Assembly (NCBI GenBank): GCA_041548245.1
Contig: JBFESZ010000001.1
Coordinates: forward strand, 32,001 to 96,000
Direction of reading: 5' to 3'
Length of the DNA stretch: 64,000 nucleotides
Source: Sulfurimonadaceae bacterium
GTDB taxonomy: Bacteria; Campylobacterota; Campylobacteria; Campylobacterales; Sulfurimonadaceae
The notes beneath the pieces were generated by a model. The model had not been told where the DNA came from. It saw nothing but the letters and a program-made list of their open reading frames with translations, and did no database searches. A program made the position numbers and the translations under genes. Below, in pieces: positions 10,055-21,973 of this stretch. How positions within the stretch are numbered: the stretch's first letter is position 1; every line of letters begins with the position of its first letter.

Positions 10055-11305
10055 TCAAAGCGTTTTCTTTTCTTTGACCTGAGCCTTGATAATGACTCTG
10101 TCTGTCATCACATTGAAGATATCATCTTCATTCAACTCTTCAAGTTCGATAACCTTTCTATCTTTAGAGATCTGAGCAAACCCTTTTTTGTTCTTCAGTT
10201 TGGGATCTTGTGTTAAGAACGTTCCTTCCAGCTGTTTGAGTTCTTGTCTCTTACGCTGAAGTATTGTATTCATCTGCCTAGAGAGCATATCCCACATCGG
10301 AGCAAGTTCACGTTTTGCACTTTCAAGGTTATAGCTTATCTTTTGATTATACATCGCTTTAATCTGCTTAAGCTCATCCATTCTCATTTTCAAACGGTTT
10401 TCAATAGAGTTTTGAGCGTATAAAGATCTAAGATGCATGATTCTCTCCTGAACCCTTTGAAGTCTTTGCCCTTGAGTGCGTATAAGTTGTTGCATCAAAG
10501 CATCAATATTCAACAGTATCTCATTTTGATCAGGAAGGATCATCTCCATTGCTGCTGATGGAGTCGGTGCTCTTAAGTCAGCCACATAATCGGATATTAC
10601 CCAGTCTATCTCATGTCCGACAGCTGATATCACAGGTGTCGTGCAATGATAGATAGAGTTCGCCACTATCTCTTCATTAAATCCCCAGAGATCTTCCATG
10701 CTTCCTCCACCTCGTCCAACAACAATAGCATCATGTCCATTCTTATCAGCCTGCTTAATAGCTCTGGCTATAGAGTTTGGAGCACTTTCACCTTGGACAA
10801 CAGCATCATAAAGAGAGATTTTGAGCAAAGGCCATCGCTGAGACGCTACACGAAGCATATCTTGCAAAGCCGCTCCCGTCTCGGAAGTAACAACACCCAA
10901 GCTCATAATGTATTTTGGTATCTTTTTCTTATGTTCAGGTGCAAAATAACCCTGTGCCTGGAGTTTGCTTTTTAACTGTTCAAAGGCTAAGGCCAAAGCT
11001 CCCTGACCCGAAGGTTCGGCAGAAATAACATTCAACTGATATTGCCCGCGTGGCTTATAAACGGTAATAGCCGCTTCCAAAACGACTTTCAGACCCTCTT
11101 CAAAACGGAACCTGAGCTTCGATGCATTTCCCCTAAACATAACACATGATATGGAAGAGGAAGCATCTTTAAGTGTAAAATAGACATGTCCGCTATTATG
11201 ATAGGTCACACGGGAAAGTTCACCTTCGACAAAAGTACGCATAAAAGTCGTTTCCAGAAGATTTTTAATCTGCTCGTTAAGACCGTCAACAGAGAGGATA
11301 TTCAT
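10055..11305 (-). CDS. xseA: Exodeoxyribonuclease VII large subunit
   Basis: SGHVYFTLKD OB-fold, RGGGSMEDL, SAVGHE, RAPTPSAA. Confidence 0.95.
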   Translation of the reverse strand: MNILSVDGLNEQIKNLLETTFMRTFVEGELSRVTYHNSGHVYFTLKDASSSISCVMFRGNASKLRFRFEEGLKVVLEAAITVYKPRGQYQLNVISAEPSGQGALALAFEQLKSKLQAQGYFAPEHKKKIPKYIMSLGVVTSETGAALQDMLRVASQRWPLLKISLYDAVVQGESAPNSIARAIKQADKNGHDAIVVGRGGGSMEDLWGFNEEIVANSIYHCTTPVISAVGHEIDWVISDYVADLRAPTPSAAMEMILPDQNEILLNIDALMQQLIRTQGQRLQRVQERIMHLRSLYAQNSIENRLKMRMDELKQIKAMYNQKISYNLESAKRELAPMWDMLSRQMNTILQRKRQELKQLEGTFLTQDPKLKNKKGFAQISKDRKVIELEELNEDDIFNVMTDRVIIKAQVKEKKTL

Positions 11306-11330
11306 AGCAATCCTTTCTTCTTTATTTGCT

Positions 11331-12047
11331 TTACTTTTTTCGGGCGATAATAAGTGAACTGATGTTCATGGAAAAGCTCTTTGAATAGCAGACTTCGAAA
11401 CCAGCACCCGCTAACTCTTGCTGCATCTTCTCCAGTGTCAAGAACCCTTCAATTGAGTTAGGAAGATACTCATAGGCCTCTTTGTTATTGGAAATAGCCC
11501 CGCCAATCTTGGGAAGTACTCTGTTAAGGTAAAAATCGGTTATTTTTGGCAATATACCCGGATTCTCACGTTTCATAAACTCCAAAATAACAACAAATCC
11601 GCCTGGTTTGAGTACACGATTGAACTCAGTCAATGCCTCTTCTCGTTCTACGACATTTCTTATCCCATACGAGATACTTAAAAAGTCTGCTTTGGCATCC
11701 TCAACAGGAATATCCGTTGCCTTAGAGATCGCATAATCAAACTTAGGAAACTTTCCCCTTGCGACATCGACCATTCCGTTGGATGGGTCGACACCCAGAA
11801 GTCTCTTTACGTCAATATCTGAACGCTGTGCGCGACGCATCCAATAATCCATCATATCACCTGTACCACAGGCAATGTCCAAGATAAGGTCTATCTCTTT
11901 TTTACCATACAGCTTGTAGGCAAGATCACACCCCTTCTTACGCCATGTTTTATCGATCCCCATACTCAATACTCGGTTGGCCCTGTCATAAGTCGGTGCG
12001 ATATTGTTAAACATCTCAACGATCTTTTCCTGTTTTTCGATTGCCAT
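11331..12047 (-). CDS. ubiE: Demethylmenaquinone/ubiquinone C-methyltransferase (UbiE/MenG)
   Basis: MF..IAPTYDRANRVLSMG, LDIACGTGD, YGIRNV, RVLKPGG. Start ATG 12047 overlaps the ribD stop (TAATG). Confidence 0.9.
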   Translation of the reverse strand: MAIEKQEKIVEMFNNIAPTYDRANRVLSMGIDKTWRKKGCDLAYKLYGKKEIDLILDIACGTGDMMDYWMRRAQRSDIDVKRLLGVDPSNGMVDVARGKFPKFDYAISKATDIPVEDAKADFLSISYGIRNVVEREEALTEFNRVLKPGGFVVILEFMKRENPGILPKITDFYLNRVLPKIGGAISNNKEAYEYLPNSIEGFLTLEKMQQELAGAGFEVCYSKSFSMNISSLIIARKK

Positions 12048-13045
12048 TATCTCTCCATCCAAATCATCAGATCATTTTCCAGCTTATCACTTTGCAAAAT
12101 TGTAAAGTTTGCTTGTTCATTTGAGAACTTCACTTTGCCCCCACTCACAGGAGAAAGAAAACACAAATACCTATCAGTGATATCCCTTGTAGCCTTAAAC
12201 ATTTCAGGTCCACCTTCAATCAGGATATTCTTATACTTTTTGATTTTTTCAAGACTATCTTCGATATAGACTTTACGTCCTTTTACATCGAACAGCGGAA
12301 TCGTTTTATCGATATCTTGCGATCTTGAATAGATAAGTACATCGGGAGCTTTACCATCAACCAGCCTTGCATCGAGTATCGGCCTGTCCATACGCACGGT
12401 ATTGCCGCCGATAACAAGAAGGTCACATTTGTCCCTCATCGCATGAACCTTTGTTCGTGATGTCTTATCGGAGATTGTCCCACCGTCAATCGTCCCATCC
12501 AGACGTTGAGCCCATTTAAAAGTCACAAATCGCTCTTCGTTCCACTTCATGAAAGGCTTGAGCAAGGCTTTGCCCTCTTCTTCACAAAGGCCATACTCGA
12601 CATTTATCCCACCAGATATCAAAGCATGGGCTCCGCCTGTCGCTTCCGGATTAGGGTCATAATGAGAAATATATACCTTTTGGGGACGCATCTTTTTTAT
12701 AAGGTCTGAACATGAAGGGGTTTTACCTTGGTGGGTACACGGTTCCAGGGTGATATACATCTCGCAGAATAAAAATATCCCGTTATGATACTTCAGAAGA
12801 TACTCATGAATATCTTCGGCTTTGCTCAGTTTCTCGATGCCTCTGTCTATGCTTAAAGCCATATAGGCTTCTTTAAGTGCCATCACTTCAGCATGCGGCT
12901 CTCCCGCTTTGGTATGTGCAGCTACAGCAATAACGGCTCCATTTTGTACAATCGTACATCCAACAGCAGGATTAGGATAAGTCAAGCCCTGATACTTCCA
13001 TGCAGCATCAAGGGCAAGCCTCATATACTTTTCATTACCAGTCAA
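12047..13045 (-). CDS. ribD: Bifunctional riboflavin biosynthesis deaminase/reductase
   Basis: PNPAVG, HAE, TLEPCTHQGKTPSC, IEGG. Start is probably TTG 13045 (or ATG 13024). Confidence 0.93.
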   Translation of the reverse strand: MTGNEKYMRLALDAAWKYQGLTYPNPAVGCTIVQNGAVIAVAAHTKAGEPHAEVMALKEAYMALSIDRGIEKLSKAEDIHEYLLKYHNGIFLFCEMYITLEPCTHQGKTPSCSDLIKKMRPQKVYISHYDPNPEATGGAHALISGGINVEYGLCEEEGKALLKPFMKWNEERFVTFKWAQRLDGTIDGGTISDKTSRTKVHAMRDKCDLLVIGGNTVRMDRPILDARLVDGKAPDVLIYSRSQDIDKTIPLFDVKGRKVYIEDSLEKIKKYKNILIEGGPEMFKATRDITDRYLCFLSPVSGGKVKFSNEQANFTILQSDKLENDLMIWMER

Positions 13046-13466
13046 AATAGGTCGATGCCTTGATGATCTCATCAAATGATACCGTCTGCTCGCCAACTTG
13101 TTCGTCTTCGACAGTAATATTTGAATCTTCTACTTTAAGGAGTTTTCCTTTCAATACCTCGTTGGAGATCAGCACAAGTTTCACCTTTTCCCCTACAGAG
13201 GCATTGAAATGCTTGAGCGACTTTAACTTGCGCTCTATTCCAGGAGAGCTCACCTCCAACCGGTAATCCCCGCTGACCGGTGGAGTAACATCCAACAGTG
13301 GGTTTAATACACGTGTCATGTCAGCACATTGATCTAGTGTTACACCCTCTTTAGAGTTGATCATAACACGATAAATCGTAGCACCAAACTCACTCACTGT
13401 CACAATGTCGTACAACGATAAGCCCATAGACTCAACAACGTTTTGAATATCTGACTCAAGACTCAT
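13035..13466 (-). CDS. rimP: Ribosome maturation factor RimP
   Basis: GVTLDQC and YRLEVSSPGIER motifs; follows rbfA. Start moved to ATG 13466. Confidence 0.93.
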   Translation of the reverse strand: MSLESDIQNVVESMGLSLYDIVTVSEFGATIYRVMINSKEGVTLDQCADMTRVLNPLLDVTPPVSGDYRLEVSSPGIERKLKSLKHFNASVGEKVKLVLISNEVLKGKLLKVEDSNITVEDEQVGEQTVSFDEIIKASTYFDW

Positions 13467-13827
13467 CTTGCTCTCCTCTCTCTTTTGATATCTGCTTAAA
13501 AAGGTCTTCCATTTTTGAGACGTGTTCGAAATGTGTATCGAACTCAAAAGTCAGATTTGGACATCGATACCATCCCTGGTCCTGCATACAGTGCGCTTCA
13601 ATGATCGGTTTAGCCCCACGCAGAAGTTTTAACAATGCATTGCGCTCTTTTTCAGTATAGGAGTGAGGGTCTAAAAAAACCTTCGCATCGCTTCGCCCTT
13701 TCGAAACAACGACTTCAACAACATCGACTTCATGAATACGGGCATCTTTTAGGGAAGATATCGCTTCAGGGATCAATTCAAGAAGAAGTGATTCCGTGCG
13801 TTTTTTCTTTATCTCTGCGGGAGTCAC
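13456..13827 (-). CDS. rbfA: 30S ribosome-binding factor A
   Basis: [20 protein letters not shown]; directly after infB. Confidence 0.92.
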   Translation of the reverse strand: MTPAEIKKKRTESLLLELIPEAISSLKDARIHEVDVVEVVVSKGRSDAKVFLDPHSYTEKERNALLKLLRGAKPIIEAHCMQDQGWYRCPNLTFEFDTHFEHVSKMEDLFKQISKERGEQDES

Positions 13828-16481
13828 AGTTCTACTTTTTGCTCTACTTTCGTAAATGTCTCAATAACATCGCCTGGTTGTACATCTTCATAACCATCAA
13901 TAACGACACCACACTCGTAGCCATTACCGACTTCTTTGACATCGTCTTTAAAACGTTTCAATGAATTAAGTTCGCCCTCAAAGATAACAACACCCTCACG
14001 GATAACACGTACCAAACCGCCACGGACAAGTTTTCCATCGACAACAAGACAACCTGCAACGACACCTTTAGGAATTTTGAATACCTCTTTGACATCAGCC
14101 TGACCAGAGTTGGTTTCAGTATATTTAGGGCTCATCATACCGGTTAGCATACCTGTGACATCATCGATCATCTCGTAAATAATGTTATAAGTCTTGATCT
14201 CTACACCAAACTGTTTAGCAGCAGCTTTGACCGTACCTGTAGGGCGGACATTAAAGCCAAGAATAACACAATCATCTGACCCATTTGCAAGAGCAACATC
14301 ATTTTCTGTGATCCCACCGACACCCGAGGAGATGATGTTTACCTTAACTTCATCATTACGCAGTTCGCTCAACGAAGATTTCAAGGCCTCAAGAGAACCA
14401 TGCACATCGGCTTTAAGAATAACACTCAATGCTTTGAGTTTACCTTCTGCAATCATTGCAGTAAGATCATCCATCGTAGATTTTGTAGAAACCGAAAGCT
14501 CTTTATGACGGTCATACTCATGACGCTTCATCGCGACCTCTTTGGCCTCTTTTTCACTTTCCATCGCAACAAGTATCTCACCCGCAGCAGGAACCAGACT
14601 CAATCCGACGACAACACCTGTTTCAGATGGTCCAAGTACTTTGATCGGTTTTTTATTATCATCCAATAGTGCACGTACACGCCCATGAGCTGAACCAGCT
14701 GCAATCGGATCTCCAACTTTTAATGTACCATTGTTGATAACAACAGTTGCGACCGGCCCACGTCCTTTTTCCACACTTGATTCCACGACTGTCGCTTTTG
14801 CGAGTACATTAGGATTAGCTTTAAGCTCCATAATTTCAGCTTGTAAAAGGATTGCTTCTAGAAGATCATTCAAACCAGCGCCCGTTTTGGCCGATACAGG
14901 CACGAATTCCACATCACCACCCCATGCGACAGGGCTCACGCCGTATTCAGCCATACCTGCCATTGCCATATCCGGATTGGCACCCTCTTTATCCATTTTA
15001 TTGACAGCGACAATGATCGGATTACCTGACTCTTTTGCCATCTTGATTGATTCGATTGTCTGAGGTTTGACACCATCATCAGCCGCGACCACGATGATGA
15101 TAATATCCGTCACATGTGCACCGCGTGAACGAATAGCGGAGAATGCTGCGTGACCCGGTGTATCAAGGAAAGTAATCTTTTCACCGTGTTGTTCGATTGT
15201 GTAAGCACCGATATGTTGTGTGATGCCACCTGCTTCGCCTGCTGCGACGCGTCCTGAACGTATCGCATCCAAAAGTGAGGTTTTACCATGGTCAACGTGT
15301 CCCATAATTGTAATGACAGGAGGACGTTTTACAGCATCCGGGTCAACTTCAACATCCTCAGTCTCTTGAATGTTTTCAAGATCGAATGCCGCTTTTGGGT
15401 CAATAGTCGTTACTTCAACTTCGAACTCTTCCGCGAGGATCTCGATTTCATCTTTGCTTAAAAAATCATTCTTTGTTGCCATTTTCCCAAGATCAAAAAG
15501 TACTTTGATAATTTCAACCATAGGACGGTTGATCTTCTCTGCAAACTCATATACCCGAATATCTTCTGGTATCTCGACATTGGTTATCACAATATCATCA
15601 GCCGCATCTTTACGGCGACGCTTCTTCGCCTTTCCACGAGCCACTGAACGCTGTCCGCCACCGCCTGAACGGCGACGTTGCTGTGGATTGCTCTTGTTAG
15701 CAGCATTTCGCGCCTCACGCTCTTTGCGCTCTTCTTCAATAGCTTTTTCACGCTCTTTACGCGCTTCTTCTTCACGGAAATCAAGAAGTACAACCTGGTC
15801 TTCTTCAAAGTCCATTGAGATTTCAGCCATATCTCCGCCGAAAATGTCAAGCTTATTACCCTGGCTTTTAGGTGAAGTCGCTGTCGCTGCTTTTTTCTTC
15901 TTCTTAGAAGAACGTGCATTCATCTCTGCAATCGCTTCAGGAGACAGTTTACCGTAGTTTGAGGTGAACTCCGGTGATTTATATGTTGCGGGACTGTCTG
16001 ATACCTCACTGCCAGATTTTACTGTTTCAGGCTTCTTTTTCTTAACAATCTTGAGACCAGAGCGTTTTTTGTCAGTAGGCACTTTATTGATGATTGGTTT
16101 TTCTTCAGGTGCTTTAGAAGGAACTGATGCTTCTTCTACTTTTTCCTCTTCTTCTGGAGCATTTGAGACTTCTTTGACTGTTGCTGCTTCTTTTTCTTCA
16201 GTTTTAGCTTCAAGCTCTTGTGTCTGCGCAGAAGTTTTCTCTTCAGTCGCTTTCTCTTCCACTTCTTTTTTAGGAGCTTTTTTAATCACTGGTTTCGGTT
16301 TTGGTGGTGTCAAAGAAGCTGGATTCATTACGAAGTTCATAATCTTTTCTGCTTCTTCCATAGAAACGCTACTGGATGCGGTCTTAACATCGATGCCCAT
16401 CTCTATGGCCTTGTCAACAACCTCTTTACTTTTTATACCCAGTTCTGTCGCGATCTCGTGTACTCTTACCTTATCTATCAT
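13824..16481 (-). CDS. infB: Translation initiation factor IF-2
   Basis: [34 protein letters not shown]. Confidence 0.98.
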   Translation of the reverse strand: MIDKVRVHEIATELGIKSKEVVDKAIEMGIDVKTASSSVSMEEAEKIMNFVMNPASLTPPKPKPVIKKAPKKEVEEKATEEKTSAQTQELEAKTEEKEAATVKEVSNAPEEEEKVEEASVPSKAPEEKPIINKVPTDKKRSGLKIVKKKKPETVKSGSEVSDSPATYKSPEFTSNYGKLSPEAIAEMNARSSKKKKKAATATSPKSQGNKLDIFGGDMAEISMDFEEDQVVLLDFREEEARKEREKAIEEERKEREARNAANKSNPQQRRRSGGGGQRSVARGKAKKRRRKDAADDIVITNVEIPEDIRVYEFAEKINRPMVEIIKVLFDLGKMATKNDFLSKDEIEILAEEFEVEVTTIDPKAAFDLENIQETEDVEVDPDAVKRPPVITIMGHVDHGKTSLLDAIRSGRVAAGEAGGITQHIGAYTIEQHGEKITFLDTPGHAAFSAIRSRGAHVTDIIIIVVAADDGVKPQTIESIKMAKESGNPIIVAVNKMDKEGANPDMAMAGMAEYGVSPVAWGGDVEFVPVSAKTGAGLNDLLEAILLQAEIMELKANPNVLAKATVVESSVEKGRGPVATVVINNGTLKVGDPIAAGSAHGRVRALLDDNKKPIKVLGPSETGVVVGLSLVPAAGEILVAMESEKEAKEVAMKRHEYDRHKELSVSTKSTMDDLTAMIAEGKLKALSVILKADVHGSLEALKSSLSELRNDEVKVNIISSGVGGITENDVALANGSDDCVILGFNVRPTGTVKAAAKQFGVEIKTYNIIYEMIDDVTGMLTGMMSPKYTETNSGQADVKEVFKIPKGVVAGCLVVDGKLVRGGLVRVIREGVVIFEGELNSLKRFKDDVKEVGNGYECGVVIDGYEDVQPGDVIETFTKVEQKVEL

Positions 16482-16731
16482 CAGCTCTTAGCTCCTTCAA
16501 TACATTACGTATATTATCATGTGAATCTTTTCCGCTTTTACAACGACCTGCTAGTTGTTTGACCAGCTTAGGATTTTCAATACATGAAGCACAGACATAT
16601 AAACTGCGCCCTACTCCCTCAAACAGTTGAATCTGCTTCTCCTTGCACTGAAGGCGAATCAAGTTTGACTGTTCCATCCGTTGCCTGCATTGTATACACA
16701 TACGGATCGGAATATGTGATTTTCGCGCCAT
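16471..16731 (-). CDS. YlxR/DUF448 family nucleic-acid-binding protein
   Basis: PIRMCIQCR...GRSLYVC..C; conserved position upstream of infB. Confidence 0.85.
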   Translation of the reverse strand: MARKSHIPIRMCIQCRQRMEQSNLIRLQCKEKQIQLFEGVGRSLYVCASCIENPKLVKQLAGRCKSGKDSHDNIRNVLKELRADDR

Positions 16732-16781
16732 TATACCGTATTCTTTCTTAGATTCTTGCTAGATTACCGTGTATCAAAAAA

Positions 16782-17669
16782 TTAACGTTCAATCTTCAGG
16801 CCATAATTGTCAAAATCCAAAGTTTTAACCACAAACTCCGGAAAACGCTGTTCCATCTTTTCATGAATTCTTCCCGCATCTTCATCATAGCACATACTGA
16901 AAAATGTCGAACCCGAACCTGAAAGCGTGCTCATCAATGCGCCATTTTCATAGGCGATTTTTTGAACAGTAAAAAGTTCAGGCAGCATCTTCATACGCTG
17001 ACGTTGATGGAATCTGTCTTTGGAGGCAATACGCAGCATCTCCCAGTTCTCACTGTAAAAAGATGCCACCAGTAATGATGCATGAGAAAGATTGAAAATG
17101 GCATTTTCTTTATTATATGACTTTGGCAATGTTGTACGAGAATGTGCTGTCGAAATAGGTTTATTAGGGATAACAACAACCGCTTTCAGATAAGGAGGCA
17201 GATGTTTCTTCTCTGAGAAGACCTTACCTTTCTCCACAACAGCCGTATTAAATCCACCCATCACTGCTGGTGTAATATTGTCTGGATGCGGTTCATACTG
17301 CAGGGCATGGTTTAAGATACGGCGACGAGACACCCGCACTCCTGCGGCTTCATGTGCAGAAGCGATGGCCGATACGATCACAGCAGAAGAGCTTCCCAAT
17401 CCACGAGAAAGCGGCACTTGGTTGTTAAAGGTAAATTTGAAATGTTGACGCTTTTGTGTCAACCTGCTATAGTGGTCATTAAAGATGCTGACAAAAAGAT
17501 TATTACCTTTTAATTTCGGATTGTTTTCACCTTCACCACGTACTGATACAGAATGAAAACGAGACGGTCTGATATCAACCGTATTTCTTAAATCAAGAGC
17601 AAGTCCCAGGGAGTCAAATCCTGGGCCAAGGTTGGCACTAGTCGCGGGTACACTTATTATCATCATCAA
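16782..17669 (-). CDS. thrB: Homoserine kinase
   Basis: [29 protein letters not shown]. Confidence 0.96.
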   Translation of the reverse strand: MMMIISVPATSANLGPGFDSLGLALDLRNTVDIRPSRFHSVSVRGEGENNPKLKGNNLFVSIFNDHYSRLTQKRQHFKFTFNNQVPLSRGLGSSSAVIVSAIASAHEAAGVRVSRRRILNHALQYEPHPDNITPAVMGGFNTAVVEKGKVFSEKKHLPPYLKAVVVIPNKPISTAHSRTTLPKSYNKENAIFNLSHASLLVASFYSENWEMLRIASKDRFHQRQRMKMLPELFTVQKIAYENGALMSTLSGSGSTFFSMCYDEDAGRIHEKMEQRFPEFVVKTLDFDNYGLKIER

Positions 17670-17699
17670 TCCTTTTTGAGCAAAAAGACTTTACACAAT

Positions 17700-18155
17700 T
17701 TACACGGCAGGTAAAACATACAAGGGTGTCGTCTCTTCTGAATAATCGCTCAGGTCTATTGTTTTTGGAAGTTCAAATCTAGCTTCTATTGGCTCTTCAA
17801 ACTTTTGAGTCGTAATTGTACCATTGCTTTGTATAAAATAGAGTTTACCAAAGGCTTTTATCGGTCTAGATTGATTAAATGTGAATGCATTCGTAGCATA
17901 AAGCCTGCATTGATTGACAATACATAAGGTCTGAAGAAATATATAGGCGACTTTAATGGCCATAAAAGACCCGGGTCCACGCGTATAGACGATACTCCCT
18001 ATCTCATATTTTGAAAGTACCTCTCTAAAAAGAAGAGGAAGGGCTTCCGAGCTCTGTTCATGAGAAGAAAGTGTCTGGACAAGTTTTGTATCTTGATAAA
18101 CACCGACTAAGATGGGGGAGCTTAGTTCGATGACGACAATATCGACCTTAGGCAT
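17700..18155 (-). CDS. tsaB: TsaB-like (glycoprotease family) t6A biosynthesis protein, short Campylobacterota form
   Basis: [10 protein letters not shown] motif; position between lpxC and thrB. Confidence 0.7.
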   Translation of the reverse strand: MPKVDIVVIELSSPILVGVYQDTKLVQTLSSHEQSSEALPLLFREVLSKYEIGSIVYTRGPGSFMAIKVAYIFLQTLCIVNQCRLYATNAFTFNQSRPIKAFGKLYFIQSNGTITTQKFEEPIEARFELPKTIDLSDYSEETTPLYVLPAV

Positions 18156-19032
18156 ATGCGTGTGCTAATTCCTTTGCTTCTATACCTGAGAGCTCTACGA
18201 TCTCATAATTCTCTTTTTCTTTTAACAGTTCCAGCGTCAATTTATGATTCAAATCATGACTTCCAGCAAAAGCTTCATAGTTACCAATGAAATTAACCCC
18301 TAAGAGTGACATATCCCCAATTGCGTCGAGTATTTTATGGCGTACAAACTCATCAGGGAAGCGAAGACCTTCAGTATTCAGTACTTTTTTATCATCAAGG
18401 ACGACTGCATTTTCCAAACTTCCACCCAGGGCCAGACCTTTGGAACGAAGGTACTGTACCTCATGTAAAAAACCGAATGTACGTGCCTTTGCTATCTTGT
18501 TTTTGTACTCTTCCTTTGTAAAGTTGAGAGTAAAGCTCTGCTTGTCGATAACAGGGTGATTAAACTTGATGGTAAAATCGTAATTAAGGTCATTCGATGG
18601 TGAAAGCTTTACGTATTTCTCACCCTCTTGAACAATGATCTCCTTTTTAATCTTCATGATTTTTTTAGGAGCCTCCAGGTGAGCCATTCCCGCTTCATCC
18701 AAGAGCATACAAAAACTTGCCGAACTTCCATCCATTACCGGAACTTCATCCGCATCGACAACAACTCTTAAATTATCGATACCGTATGCGTAAACAGCCG
18801 AAAGTAGATGCTCGATGGTTGAGATGAAACACCCCTCTTTTCCAATTACTGTTGCCATTTTTGTATCCACAACGTTTTCAGGCTTTAAAGGTATCGTAAC
18901 ATTGACATCCGAGCGATAGAACTCAATACCGCGGTCTGCTTCAAGCGGTTCCAATCTTAAACGTACCGGTACGCCTTTGTGCAGTCCGATCCCGACAAGA
19001 TCGACTGGTTTAGCAATAGTTGTTTGTTTCAT
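18148..19032 (-). CDS. lpxC: UDP-3-O-acyl-GlcNAc deacetylase
   Basis: [30 protein letters not shown]. Confidence 0.97.
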   Translation of the reverse strand: MKQTTIAKPVDLVGIGLHKGVPVRLRLEPLEADRGIEFYRSDVNVTIPLKPENVVDTKMATVIGKEGCFISTIEHLLSAVYAYGIDNLRVVVDADEVPVMDGSSASFCMLLDEAGMAHLEAPKKIMKIKKEIIVQEGEKYVKLSPSNDLNYDFTIKFNHPVIDKQSFTLNFTKEEYKNKIAKARTFGFLHEVQYLRSKGLALGGSLENAVVLDDKKVLNTEGLRFPDEFVRHKILDAIGDMSLLGVNFIGNYEAFAGSHDLNHKLTLELLKEKENYEIVELSGIEAKELAHAYA

Positions 19033-19611
19033 TTATACATCCTTAAAAACGATACCATCTTCATATTTTATAAGTTTTAATTCACCATTTAAAAGAGACC
19101 TGTCAATCTCTTCGCCATGAAAAAAGACTGTTCCCTGCCCGATCTCTTTGAGTAAAATATACTCTCCCTCACAGCGTATAACTCCATCAATTATACCAAA
19201 AATCTGGACTGAGCGCGAACATTCAATAAGAGCCCCGGAATTAATACGTCCAAAAAAGACGAGGTCTGTATGGGATTCGATACTTTCTCCTGAACGTATT
19301 GGACCGTAATATACAGATGTCTTATCGCTCACTTTTATCTCAGGTTCAATAATCGTCTGGTCAACATTTATAGACTCTTCCAGTACAGCCGTTGAACGTT
19401 TCTTTCGTGTCAGAAGTGTTCTTTCATTTAAATCGACATAAACAGCTTTTTTACTATCTAAATATGATTTGACCGCTTCACTTACTTTGCCTTTCAATAT
19501 AAGCTGATACCCCTGTATTAAGGGGAAGTTTTTAGCATAATATTCAATAAATGCCTCATCATCCTCTATCTCAAATTCAAAGGCTTTTAAAGTAAGCTGT
19601 TTAACTTTCAT
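19033..19611 (-). CDS. minC: Septum site-determining protein MinC-like
   Basis: C-terminal beta-helix motif PIRSGE..DL.FFGRINSGA. Start ATG 19611 overlaps the upstream stop. Confidence 0.65.
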   Translation of the reverse strand: MKVKQLTLKAFEFEIEDDEAFIEYYAKNFPLIQGYQLILKGKVSEAVKSYLDSKKAVYVDLNERTLLTRKKRSTAVLEESINVDQTIIEPEIKVSDKTSVYYGPIRSGESIESHTDLVFFGRINSGALIECSRSVQIFGIIDGVIRCEGEYILLKEIGQGTVFFHGEEIDRSLLNGELKLIKYEDGIVFKDV

Positions 19612-20975
19612 GACCTGCTGATCAACTTCTTGGCATTTTTGATGACTTCTGTGATGTTCAAACGAATCCAATCCTGGTCCATCCACTCTTCAGGGCGGAC
19701 TTCCACACCTTGTACTAAGACACCAAAATGCAGGTGATCTCCCATAGCATAGCCGCTTTTACCGCTGTTGGCGATATGATCAGCTGGCTTGACGACATCA
19801 CCAGAGGCAACTTTGACACTTGAGCAGTGGCCATAGAGAGTATAAAGACCCATTCCGTGGTGAATGATTGGAAGATTCCCATAAATACCGTTCTCTTCAG
19901 CAAAAACCGTCACTCCATGATTTTGTGTTTTGATCTCTCCCATCTTCACACTCGCAAGGTCTAGACCCAAATGATACGATTCGCTGACCTTTTCATTATC
20001 ATAATAGTACAATCTATGATCGCCAAAGCTAGCAACTTTCTGCGCATTTTTCAACGGATAGAAAGGTTTGATGGAAAAATCACTGACCACTTTGTCTGAG
20101 ACCCTGGATGTGATTTTATGGATGACTTTTTCGTTATTGGCCCGGACATCTTCATTTATAATCTTAAACTGCTCTATTGAATCGGCAACTCCCTGTGTTT
20201 CCGGATAGTCATAGGCGAGCTCAGCAATTTTTCCTTTGAGAAATTTGTCTGAAAGTTTGATCTTGGAGACACGATAGCTTTTTGCTTTATGATAATAGGG
20301 AATATGAACCCGTGTTCTATTGCCTGCTTCATCCGTGACCACAATACGAGCGTTAAACTTTTCTTCTGTCACAGGCCATGCGACCAATGTGGCATAATAA
20401 TCGTCTTGATAAAAAGGCTGTACCTTAAAACGCTTCTTTTTGTTCACCTCAACAAAAATATCCTTGATATTTTCATCTTTAGCTCTGAAAACCACCAGAG
20501 CACTCCCGCCTTTATAGATACCATATGAGTTTGTCACCAAAGTGACCAGCGGTTTTTTCTTGTCAAGAATAAAACTTTTTTCTACACTGGCAGAGTTTCC
20601 GGAAAAAAAGTTCCACTGACTGGCGTCTACTGCATGGACGATAATTTTTATCGATTTGTCTTTGATACCATACCCCATTTTCGGATATTCGACCTTCAAT
20701 TCCAACTTTTTATCAGGTGTTAAAAGGGCTTCATGAGCAAGGACTTTTTCGCCTTCTGAAGTCAACATCTTAACTTCATAATACTTGATACCACTGTCAT
20801 CTTCTATCGTTAAGTCTATGGGTTCTTTCAAATTCCAGTACTGACTCTCTGTCATGCTGATTATTGGCAGGTCTCTTTCAAACATCTTTGAGTTATACAG
20901 ATACACCACACCAGCAATAATTCCTACAAAAACAGTTAAAAACAGTATCGACGATGAATTTCTTTTTCTTTTCAA
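19608..20975 (-). CDS. M23 family metallopeptidase (Csd3-like peptidoglycan endopeptidase)
   Basis: HLGLD, YGN, YGHCS and HLHF motifs; N-terminal TM; TTG start with AAAGGAG RBS. Confidence 0.9.
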   Translation of the reverse strand: MKRKRNSSSILFLTVFVGIIAGVVYLYNSKMFERDLPIISMTESQYWNLKEPIDLTIEDDSGIKYYEVKMLTSEGEKVLAHEALLTPDKKLELKVEYPKMGYGIKDKSIKIIVHAVDASQWNFFSGNSASVEKSFILDKKKPLVTLVTNSYGIYKGGSALVVFRAKDENIKDIFVEVNKKKRFKVQPFYQDDYYATLVAWPVTEEKFNARIVVTDEAGNRTRVHIPYYHKAKSYRVSKIKLSDKFLKGKIAELAYDYPETQGVADSIEQFKIINEDVRANNEKVIHKITSRVSDKVVSDFSIKPFYPLKNAQKVASFGDHRLYYYDNEKVSESYHLGLDLASVKMGEIKTQNHGVTVFAEENGIYGNLPIIHHGMGLYTLYGHCSSVKVASGDVVKPADHIANSGKSGYAMGDHLHFGVLVQGVEVRPEEWMDQDWIRLNITEVIKNAKKLISRS

Positions 20976-21907
20976 ATCTTCTCCTTTATCATATGAATAA
21001 TCTTAGATTCAACCTCTTTAAGAGATTGCCCATCTGTTACAAAACCGGCTGAATGAATATGACCACCTCCACCAAAAACAGAAGCGATAGCGTTCATATC
21101 CATTCCCTGAGAACTTCTAAGAGAACCTTTAATACGGCCATCTTTCGTATGACGCAGCATCAATGCCACCTGGACATTCGCAAGTTCCAGGCTCTCATGC
21201 AATGCCTCCTCACAATCTACTTCATACGCACCCGTCTCTTCAAAAAAGTTACGTTCGACAAGCGTTGAGACGACACTTCCGGAGCAATGAAGCTCCGCGG
21301 CTGCAAGCATCATGGCCTTCATGCGTACAGAGGCCAAGGACCTCTGCTTGAAAAGCATTTTCGTACATAAAGCATTATTTGCTCCACTTTTAAGCAAATC
21401 AGCTGCCATCAAGAAGGTACGTTCATCTGTCTTGTCTGTCGTAAAGTTTTGTGAATCATCTGCCAAACCTGCATATAAGGCAGTCGCCATCTTTGCATTT
21501 AGCTTTATTCCGTTACTTTTGAAAAAATCATATAAGACCTGAGAAGTACTAATCGCCGTTGTATCTATGATATTGATACTCCCATACTGCTCATTAGAGA
21601 CATGGTGATCGACATTGACCAAAGGTACCTTTACATCAATTCCCAATCGCTTATAAGTCCCGCAATCGAAACTCATCGCAAGATCAAAAACATTGGGAAC
21701 AGTATTACGGACCTTCTCAAAAAAAGGTAAAAAACTCAAAGAGGGATCTATCTTTTTGGTCTTGCAAAAGAGGGTGACCTTCTTATGCAGGCGCAGTACA
21801 TGGGTGTACATCGCCAAGGCCGAGCCCATTGAATCTGCATCGGGGTCTACATGAGCAATGATAAGAATATGCTTAGCATCATCCAATGCTTTAACTAATT
21901 CATGCAC
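20972..21907 (-). CDS. DHH/DHHA1 phosphoesterase (NrnA-like oligoribonuclease/pAp phosphatase)
   Basis: HVDPDAD, DHH, SLRS, GGGGH. Confidence 0.9.
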   Translation of the reverse strand: MHELVKALDDAKHILIIAHVDPDADSMGSALAMYTHVLRLHKKVTLFCKTKKIDPSLSFLPFFEKVRNTVPNVFDLAMSFDCGTYKRLGIDVKVPLVNVDHHVSNEQYGSINIIDTTAISTSQVLYDFFKSNGIKLNAKMATALYAGLADDSQNFTTDKTDERTFLMAADLLKSGANNALCTKMLFKQRSLASVRMKAMMLAAAELHCSGSVVSTLVERNFFEETGAYEVDCEEALHESLELANVQVALMLRHTKDGRIKGSLRSSQGMDMNAIASVFGGGGHIHSAGFVTDGQSLKEVESKIIHMIKEKI

Positions 21908-21973
21908 CGCTGCCCTTTATTTTTTTGAAATTATACTTCAGGAAGGTTAACAAAGGGCTAAAACTCTATGTAC

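Noticed and set aside
14194-16562. Long antisense ORFs opposite infB (e.g. 15370-15957, 15964-16491)
   Set aside because: Ser/Phe-rich mirror translations of Glu/Lys-rich IF-2 codons, with no RBS or domain signal.
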